Assembly: GCA_965216635.1 (NCBI GenBank)
Contig: OZ244188.1
Span: 1,536,001 to 1,600,000 of the forward strand
Direction: 5' to 3'
Source: a bacterium
GTDB taxonomy: Bacteria > SAR324 > XYD2-FULL-50-16 > G965216635
DNA length: 64,000 nucleotides
Shown: positions 57,661-64,000 of the stretch, piece by piece
How the letters are laid out: every line of letters starts with the position of its first letter
Position numbering within the stretch: position 1 is the first letter of the stretch
Position numbers and translations under genes: made by a program
Notes under the pieces: generated by a model
What the model was told of the DNA's origin: nothing
The model's database searches: none
What the model saw: only the letters and a program-made list of their open reading frames with translations

Positions 57661-58814
57661 AAACAGTTAAAATCAAGAAAAAAAAATATCACCTATTGGG
57701 CACAGCCCATATTTCACATCAAAGTGTAGATGAGGTTTCAAAATACGTCACAGAAATCAAACCTGATGCAGTCTGTATAGAGATTTGTGAGACGCGTTAT
57801 AAAAATCTATCCGATGGTAACCGCTGGCGAGAAATGGATATTATCAAGGTTATCAAGGAAAAAAAAAGTGGACTCTTGCTGGCTAGTTTGTTACTTTCTG
57901 CTTTTCAAAGAAAAATGGGAAAACAACTCGGTATTCAACCAGGGGCAGAAATGATGAAGGCGGTAGAAATTTGTAAAGAAAAAAAAATCCCTTTCTTTTT
58001 AATAGACAGAGAAGTCAACATTACCATTCAAAGAACTTGGAATAGTCTCTCTTTTTGGGAAAAATCTAAACTAATGGGACAACTTTTCGCAAGCGTTATT
58101 TTTACTCCCAAAATAGACGAAGAGGAAATAGAAAAAATGAAAAAAAAAGACTTGCTGAACGGAATGATAGAAGAACTTGCTCGGAATTTTCCTAAAGTAA
58201 AACAGATTTTAATTGACGAGAGAGACCAATATCTTGCAGCAAAAATGGCTGGGGTGGAAGGGGAAAATATTTTAGCAGTTATTGGTATAGGACACCAAGC
58301 TGGGATGAAAAACACATTGAAAACTGGTGTAGAAAATGTTAACTTTAGCGAACTAGAAAGAATTCCGCCAAAAAAAAAATGGCTCGCAAAAATATTCCAA
58401 TGGGGCGTTCCTCTTTTGATATTAGGAATTTTTATCTATGGTTTTTTAAACTTAGATAGCTCTACTAGTCTACAGTTAGTTTGGAGTTGGGTGCTTGTCA
58501 ATAGTATCCCTGCTTTTTTTGGAGCTTGGATTGCCAACGGTCACTGGTGGACTAGGATTTGCGCCTTAGTGGTGGCTCCTTTTACTTCCATCAATCCAGC
58601 ACTTGCTGCAGGCTGGGTTACTGGTTTTACAGAAGCCTTGATTCAAAAACCCAAAGTGCGAGATTTTGAAAATTTATCCGAAGAAGTTCTTACTTGGAAA
58701 GGTTTGCGAAACAACGCAGTTTCTAGAGTTTTGCTTGTTATTGCTTTAACCAATCTCGGAAGCTCTATTGGGACTTTTGTAGGTATTCCTCTTATTGCTT
58801 CTTTTCTTAACTAA
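57654..58814 (+). CDS. TraB/GumN family protein (pheromone-shutdown-like)
   Basis: LGTAHIS, PGAEM, DREVNIT, LIDERD, AVIGIGH, C-terminal TM segments. Confidence 0.9.
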   Translation: MLKTVKIKKKKYHLLGTAHISHQSVDEVSKYVTEIKPDAVCIEICETRYKNLSDGNRWREMDIIKVIKEKKSGLLLASLLLSAFQRKMGKQLGIQPGAEMMKAVEICKEKKIPFFLIDREVNITIQRTWNSLSFWEKSKLMGQLFASVIFTPKIDEEEIEKMKKKDLLNGMIEELARNFPKVKQILIDERDQYLAAKMAGVEGENILAVIGIGHQAGMKNTLKTGVENVNFSELERIPPKKKWLAKIFQWGVPLLILGIFIYGFLNLDSSTSLQLVWSWVLVNSIPAFFGAWIANGHWWTRICALVVAPFTSINPALAAGWVTGFTEALIQKPKVRDFENLSEEVLTWKGLRNNAVSRVLLVIALTNLGSSIGTFVGIPLIASFLN

Positions 58815-58944
58815 AAATTGTAAATGATAACTATACCTATAGGTAGTGTAATTACGGCAACTGATAAAATTACAAATGAGGTGAGAACTAGAACGACCTT
58901 GTTTGAGTATAAAATACCAGAATCAAGGATTTTTCATATTTTTA

Positions 58945-59100
58945 ATAGACTTTTTAATTTGCGTTATGTGACGGCTAGCCAAATGGTTAGAACAGGTGCG
59001 AAAAAAATTTTTAGCTCGTAGGAATACTGAAGTATTTCAAGAGTTAAAAATTTTTTTCAACGCTGCATAGGCTAAACAGAACGCAAATTCAAAGGTCTAT
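58945..59100 (+). mobile_element. Complete MITE (TAGAC...GTCTA family)
   Basis: ATAGACTTTTTAATTTGCGTT ... AACGCAAATTCAAAGGTCTAT; flanks TTTTAA on both sides. Confidence 0.9.
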
Positions 59101-59247
59101 TTTAATAGGAGTGAAATTACAATAAATCCATTGCCTGATTTTGGGAAAAGTATTATACAAGGAATGAACTTAGATTATTTACAAATCACACTAGTCAAAC
59201 TAGTGGAAAATAAACAAAGTGAATAATAAATGAATCTAAAAATTTAA

Positions 59248-60243
59248 ATGTTTCATAAAAACTTATCTAAACAAATTAGAATTATGCAATACAACCAAGA
59301 AATCAGTGAAGAATTAAATAGAATAGGAATGGAAAAGGATGCGGAAGGATTTCCCAAATCTATGGAAATTCTTCGTTACAGAAAACTTTATAAATTTAAA
59401 ACTTTCAACGAGGAATCTATTGAAAATTTTAAAAATAATACTATTTGGGTCACTGCCCCTAGTAGTTTTAAAGACCCTTATGACACCTATATTTTTTCTA
59501 ATACAGAAAGCTCTCAAAACAATATACAAAATTTTATAAAAAAGAATCTTTCTATTAAGAATGATTTAAATATTAAAAGTTCAGATTGGAAAAAGATATT
59601 AAAATGTAACTATTTATATGAAATTGAAGGGTTAAAAATAAAAAAAAAAGAAGAATTAGTTGAGTTTATAAAAAATTCATTACACGAAATTTTAGCTAGT
59701 CAAAGTAACAGTTTACGAATGCATTGTTTTAGCGATAACAATACCGAGACTATAATGTGGAATCATTACTCCGATTGGCATAAAGGTTTTTGTGTTGAAT
59801 ACGACGCAAAAAAGATAGCTCTAAAATTTTTAAACCACTTTTATCCTGTATTTTATCATTATATACCCTATATAACACAGTATGGTTCCGATTATAAGAA
59901 AAAATTTCTTCACAACTTATACAAAGGACTATACTGGGCTTACGAAGGAGAATGGAGATTTATACTACACCTAAAAAAAGATCCTGATACATATATTCGC
60001 TTGCCAAAAGAAGTTAAAACTTTGGAGGGTATTGATATAAAAGTAAAAGAAAAAACATTTAAAAAAGGAGGAATTGTAGAAGGATTTAAACCATCAGCAA
60101 TTTATTTAGGTTCTAAAATCAGCCCACAAGGCGAACAAAGTCCTAATGAGCAAGAACTTAGATCTATTGCTAATAAAAAAAATATTCCCGTTTATAAAAT
60201 GAAGATCTCACAAAGGAGTTTTGGAATGGAAATAGAGGAATAA
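59248..60243 (+). CDS. DUF2971 domain protein
   Basis: LYKFK, FKDPYD, CFS...IMWNHYSDWHKGFCVEYD, K..YWAYEGEWR, IYLG. Confidence 0.85.
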   Translation: MFHKNLSKQIRIMQYNQEISEELNRIGMEKDAEGFPKSMEILRYRKLYKFKTFNEESIENFKNNTIWVTAPSSFKDPYDTYIFSNTESSQNNIQNFIKKNLSIKNDLNIKSSDWKKILKCNYLYEIEGLKIKKKEELVEFIKNSLHEILASQSNSLRMHCFSDNNTETIMWNHYSDWHKGFCVEYDAKKIALKFLNHFYPVFYHYIPYITQYGSDYKKKFLHNLYKGLYWAYEGEWRFILHLKKDPDTYIRLPKEVKTLEGIDIKVKEKTFKKGGIVEGFKPSAIYLGSKISPQGEQSPNEQELRSIANKKNIPVYKMKISQRSFGMEIEE

Positions 60244-60301
60244 TCAAATAAAAATGATAGGGACTGTTAAACTTGTGAATGAAGGCTCTCTTACTACCTA
60301 T

Positions 60302-61639
60302 CTATTTTAAGTATTCTTTCATAGAATCATCCATTGCCTCTAACCACTTAGTATGATGAGGGGGAGAATCCGAACCAGTCATTAGAGAAGGATAAGATTT
60401 ATCACGATAAAGCATAATATCATCAGCCTTGTCATTTTTCCAGTTCACAAAAGTTTGGTTGACTCCTTTAACATCAAAACTAGGGTAATCTGTTTCATCA
60501 ATCAGCATTTGCACATAGTCACCTTGAAAAGAAATCATAGCCTTAGCGTCTTCTAGTTGTTGTTCTTTTTCGTGCCATTTTTTGGTATGGGTTTGCATTT
60601 CGCTTAATGACGGAAGTTCTATTTTTCCTAAAATCACATCTCTCGAATACCAAGCCTGTGCATCAAACATATTAAAAGTATACCACTGGTCTTGCATTCC
60701 TAAATACATAAGTTGAGTATTTTTTTCCCAAACTACACCTTTATAAATATCAAGAGGATAAAGGATGTTTTTTGTTTTTAGTCTTAATTCGTCTGCTAAA
60801 AAAGGAAAATGATGTAAATAACCTGTGCAGAGTATAATCGCTTGCACATCTTTTGTGCTACCATCAGAAAAATAGGCTGTATTTCCATCTACTTTTTGCA
60901 GGGCTGGTTTTTCTTCCCAATTAGAGGGCCATTTAAAACCCATAGGTGCAGAGCGATAACAGCTAGTAATGGATTTTGCTCCATATTTATAGCATTGCGA
61001 ACCAATATCTTCCGCAGAATAGCTACTACCAACGATTAATATATCTTGTCCTTTAAATTCTAGAGCATCACGAAAGTCGTGAGCGTGCAATATACGGCCC
61101 TTAAAAAAATCAAAACCTTCGTAAAAAGGCACATTTGGAATAGAAAAATGTCCACTAGCAACAACTAGGTAATCAAATTCCTCACTACTCATTATATCTT
61201 TTTTTAGATCTTGCACAGTGACTGTAAATTTTTTAGTGATCTCAGAAAAAGTAACATTTCTTACCGCAGTGCGAAAACGAATCTTATCTTTAACTCCTGC
61301 TTTTTTGACTCTTCCTTGGATATAATACCAAAGCACTTCCCTCGGTGGGTAGGATGCAATAGATTTTTTAAAATGCTCGTTAAAAGTATAATCAGCAAAT
61401 TCTAAGCACTCTTTGGGACCATTAGACCATAGATAACGATACATACTGTTGTGTACCGGCTCTCCATATTCATCTAAACCTGTGCGCCAACTGTAGTTCC
61501 ATAAACCACCCCAATCTTCTTGTTTTTCAAAACAGACAACATCAGGCACATCCATCCCTTTATTTTGTGCAGATTGAAAGGCTCTTAGTTGTGCCAAGCC
61601 GCTAGGACCTGCACCAATTATTGCTACTTTTTTATTCAT
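60302..61639 (-). CDS. tmm: Trimethylamine monooxygenase (bacterial FMO)
   Basis: [37 protein letters not shown] motif [24 protein letters not shown]. Confidence 0.92.
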   Translation of the reverse strand: MNKKVAIIGAGPSGLAQLRAFQSAQNKGMDVPDVVCFEKQEDWGGLWNYSWRTGLDEYGEPVHNSMYRYLWSNGPKECLEFADYTFNEHFKKSIASYPPREVLWYYIQGRVKKAGVKDKIRFRTAVRNVTFSEITKKFTVTVQDLKKDIMSSEEFDYLVVASGHFSIPNVPFYEGFDFFKGRILHAHDFRDALEFKGQDILIVGSSYSAEDIGSQCYKYGAKSITSCYRSAPMGFKWPSNWEEKPALQKVDGNTAYFSDGSTKDVQAIILCTGYLHHFPFLADELRLKTKNILYPLDIYKGVVWEKNTQLMYLGMQDQWYTFNMFDAQAWYSRDVILGKIELPSLSEMQTHTKKWHEKEQQLEDAKAMISFQGDYVQMLIDETDYPSFDVKGVNQTFVNWKNDKADDIMLYRDKSYPSLMTGSDSPPHHTKWLEAMDDSMKEYLK

Positions 61640-61793
61640 TTTTATTCTATTCTTAATTTCAAGATTATTGCAGAGGCTACTTCCAGAGCCGCTAATTCAA
61701 AAGGTCTCTCCGCGTTTTAAAAAACAAAGGCTCTACAAAAGCAGAGCCTCCATATTTTATTTAAAAACAATCAAAACAATGGCGTTTAAACCA

Positions 61794-61973
61794 CTATTTT
61801 TTTATATCCATCACTTCTCGTGTTTCCTTTCTTTCAACGCATGGTTGCCAAAAGTGCCAACCTAGCCAAAAAACAACAAGAAGTATAACCATCAATACTT
61901 CACTTCCAGCAAATGGGTAGATAGCATCTATTTTAGATATATCCCCAGTCCAACTTGTAATACCTGTACTCAT
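61794..61973 (-). CDS. Small single-TM protein downstream of amt, 59 aa, absent from the ORF track
   Basis: MSTGITSWTGDISKIDAIYPFAGSEVLMVILLVVFWLGWHFWQPCVERKETREVMDIKK*; starts 26 bp after the amt stop. Confidence 0.75.
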   Translation of the reverse strand: MSTGITSWTGDISKIDAIYPFAGSEVLMVILLVVFWLGWHFWQPCVERKETREVMDIKK

Positions 61974-61999
61974 TTTAATTTTAAAGTTTAAGTTATTAT

Positions 62000-63337
62000 T
62001 TAGGTTTGTCTTTCAGCATCCATAACCAGTTCGGCTTCTTTTTCATAAGTATCCATCACTGCCGAATCTAATCCTTTTATTTCAACTTCTCTAGGAATAC
62101 GCAAAGCTCCAAACATCTTAAGAATACTCGCTATTACAAGACCAGGTATAAAACCAAGTATAAAGAACATAATAACAGCACCTATGAATTGCCCGAATGG
62201 GTTAATAACAGCATTTACATAATCTGGATTTGCTGAAGCAGGATAACCCCAAAGCATAAAACCAGCAACTACAACTCCAATAAAACCGGCGTAACCGTGG
62301 ACAGCTACTGCTCCTACAGCGTCGTCTATTTTAAATGTTTTTTCTACCCAGTAGTGCAATTTATAGATAACGGGAACTGTAAGTCCACCTATTAATAAAG
62401 CTTGGATAGGATGGTATAAATCATTACCAGCGGAAGCTGCAATGACACCTGCCAACCCGCCTGAATAGGTCCAAAAAGCATCTCCTTTAGAAACTATATA
62501 GCCTGCCATCAAACCACCTGATAGTGACATCAAAAGGTTAAATGTAATCGCAGATAGAGTTGTTGGAGTTAGATAGATATTTACTGCTGAGAACAAAACT
62601 CCATCTCCAGTTTGAACATCTAAGTAAGGCACATTACAAGCTGCATAAAACCCCCAAAAACCTGTAAAGATTAAAAATAAACCTACACTGACCAACCAAG
62701 GGTTTTGTGGGTTGATATTTCTTGGTTCTCCGCTAGAGGAAAATTTACCAATGCGAGCTCCTAAAGGAATCAAAATTCCTAAAGCAAAACCACCAGCAAT
62801 AGCGTGAACTACACCAGAAGCGAAAGCATCGTGATAGCCTAATTTTTGGACCATCCAACCATCAGCACTCCAACCCCAAGCCGCACCTACAAGCCAAAAA
62901 ACAGAGCCGATAGCAATGGCTAGTATCCAAAAAGCGGAAGATTTAATTCTTTCAATTACAGAACCAGAAACGATGGAAGCTGTAGTCCAAGAAAACAGCA
63001 AGAATGCCGCCCAAAAAACGCCTGTTATTCTATCAGTTATATTGGCTGCCATCACATTACTCCAAGGCAAAGCCCATCCAGCGTCTCCTACTCCTCCAGT
63101 AATTCCAGGTCCATTTTGTATGCCGAAATAGATCCACCAACCAAATAGGTAAAAGGTAACAGTGATTAGTGGTATCAACATTGTATTTTTCATCAGGGTG
63201 TGCATATGATTTTTTTTCCTAGAGGCTCCTACTTCGTACATACAAAAGCCTACATGGATTAAAAACATCAGAGGCACCGTGACCCAATAATAAAACTCGG
63301 TAAAAACAATACCGATAGTCGTTAATTCATTTTCCAT
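62000..63337 (-). CDS. amt: Ammonium/methylammonium transporter (Amt family, divergent)
   Basis: IVSGSVIER, both pore His residues (GVVHAIAG, DDAVGAVAVHG), GLAGVIA; SD AAGGAG upstream. Confidence 0.9.
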   Translation of the reverse strand: MENELTTIGIVFTEFYYWVTVPLMFLIHVGFCMYEVGASRKKNHMHTLMKNTMLIPLITVTFYLFGWWIYFGIQNGPGITGGVGDAGWALPWSNVMAANITDRITGVFWAAFLLFSWTTASIVSGSVIERIKSSAFWILAIAIGSVFWLVGAAWGWSADGWMVQKLGYHDAFASGVVHAIAGGFALGILIPLGARIGKFSSSGEPRNINPQNPWLVSVGLFLIFTGFWGFYAACNVPYLDVQTGDGVLFSAVNIYLTPTTLSAITFNLLMSLSGGLMAGYIVSKGDAFWTYSGGLAGVIAASAGNDLYHPIQALLIGGLTVPVIYKLHYWVEKTFKIDDAVGAVAVHGYAGFIGVVVAGFMLWGYPASANPDYVNAVINPFGQFIGAVIMFFILGFIPGLVIASILKMFGALRIPREVEIKGLDSAVMDTYEKEAELVMDAERQT

Positions 63338-63359
63338 AAGTATTCTCCTTGTTTTTAAT

Positions 63360-63655
63360 ATAGACCTTTAAATTTGCGTTATGCTTACCCCACTATTGGG
63401 GCTAGCCAAATGGTTATAAAAATGCGAAAAAAATTTTTAGCTCGCTAAAATATCGTAGTGCCACAATTCTAGGACCAGGCACTACAAAACTTGCATAATC
63501 CCAAAAAGAAATGTAAAAGAGCCTAATATAAAAGATCCAGTGGCTCTTTTACTATAACCCTTATGAAATAGATAGCAAAAGAAAAGTATTTCAAGAGTTA
63601 AAAATTTTTTTTCAACGCTGCTTTGGCTAAACAGAATGCGAATTCAAAAGTCTAT
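63360..63655 (+). mobile_element. MITE (TAGAC...GTCTA family) with a ~135-bp two-hairpin insertion
   Basis: Both termini present; insertion at ~63450-63585 carries GTAGTGCC/GGCACTAC and GTAAAAGAGCC/GGCTCTTTTAC stems. Confidence 0.85.
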
Positions 63656-63692
63656 ATAGTATTAAATTATAAAATGAGACCTAATACTATAT

Positions 63693-63834
63693 GAGACTAT
63701 TGAATTAGACATTCTAGTTCAGCTATACTGCGTTGCTCAAATTTTTTATCACTCAAAATACTTCAGTATTCCTCTTGGGTAAAAAATTTTCGCGCCTTGT
63801 CTAGCTTTCCTATAATGCCTAATTCAACAATCTC
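63693..63834 (-). mobile_element. Diverged, inverted MITE relative
   Basis: IR GAGACTATTGAATTAGACATT / AATGCCTAATTCAACAATCTC; internal AAATACTTCAGTATTCC is the reverse complement of the family core. Confidence 0.7.
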
Positions 63835-63837
63835 TAT

Positions 63838-63928
63838 ATATCTTTGTATTGGCGTTATGTGATATTTAGCAGGGCAAAAAAATTTTCAACGAAGCACAGA
63901 CTAAATAGAACGCCAATGCAATGGTCTT
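63838..63928 (+). mobile_element. Short diverged MITE relative
   Basis: IR TTGTATTGGCGTT / AACGCCAATGCAA; family-like AATTTTCAACG...CTAAA.AGAACGC. Confidence 0.55.
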
Positions 63929-64000
63929 ATTCAAAAGGTCTCTAAATTGCTTAAAACTGAGATCTGCATACCTTTAAAAAGGTAATTTAGCTCAATTCAA

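Noticed and set aside
58824..59021. 65-aa ORF
   Set aside because: Its 3' part lies inside a MITE and it has no recognisable motif.
61668..61865. Plus-strand 65-aa ORF
   Set aside because: It overlaps the more plausible minus-strand small TM gene and an IR-containing intergenic region.

Overview
AT-rich (roughly 30-33% GC by eye) bacterial chromosome segment. Its genes suggest a marine Gram-negative organism, possibly host-associated (inference from tmm, the PrpE/AcuI genes, TPR expansions and pervasive micro-duplications). The housekeeping backbone is cysS, rluD, sucA/sucB, lepA, ilvN, ispE, trpS, obgE, a zapA-like gene with a probable 6S RNA, a phosphohexomutase, dtd, moaA and fbaA. Single accessory genes are inserted throughout it. 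The main candidate for an undescribed system is a ~14.3 kb island between ispE and trpS (27.7-42.1 kb). There, four paralogous, repeat-shuffled TPR arrays (16, 8, 19 and 8 repeats) share a 5' module but carry different C-terminal parts: an ABC-type ATPase coupled to a PD-(D/E)xK-like partner gene, or a coiled-coil/2TM module. They are interleaved with a type IIG R-M enzyme, two remnants of its 3' end, two signal-peptide stubs and a mini GIY-YIG gene. Other notable items: a PrpE-AcuI (acyl-CoA ligase/acryloyl-CoA reductase) fusion; a Panacea antitoxin with a DinJ/RelB-like tail paired with YafQ; a TAGAC...GTCTA palindromic MITE family that overlaps gene starts and stops; a TaqI-like R-M pair with apparent TCGA depletion; a tandemly duplicated heptad-repeat nuclease-like gene; and an amt-small protein-tmm cluster. 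No rRNA, tRNA, CRISPR array or intact transposase was seen. All family calls come from motif recognition by eye, not from database searches.
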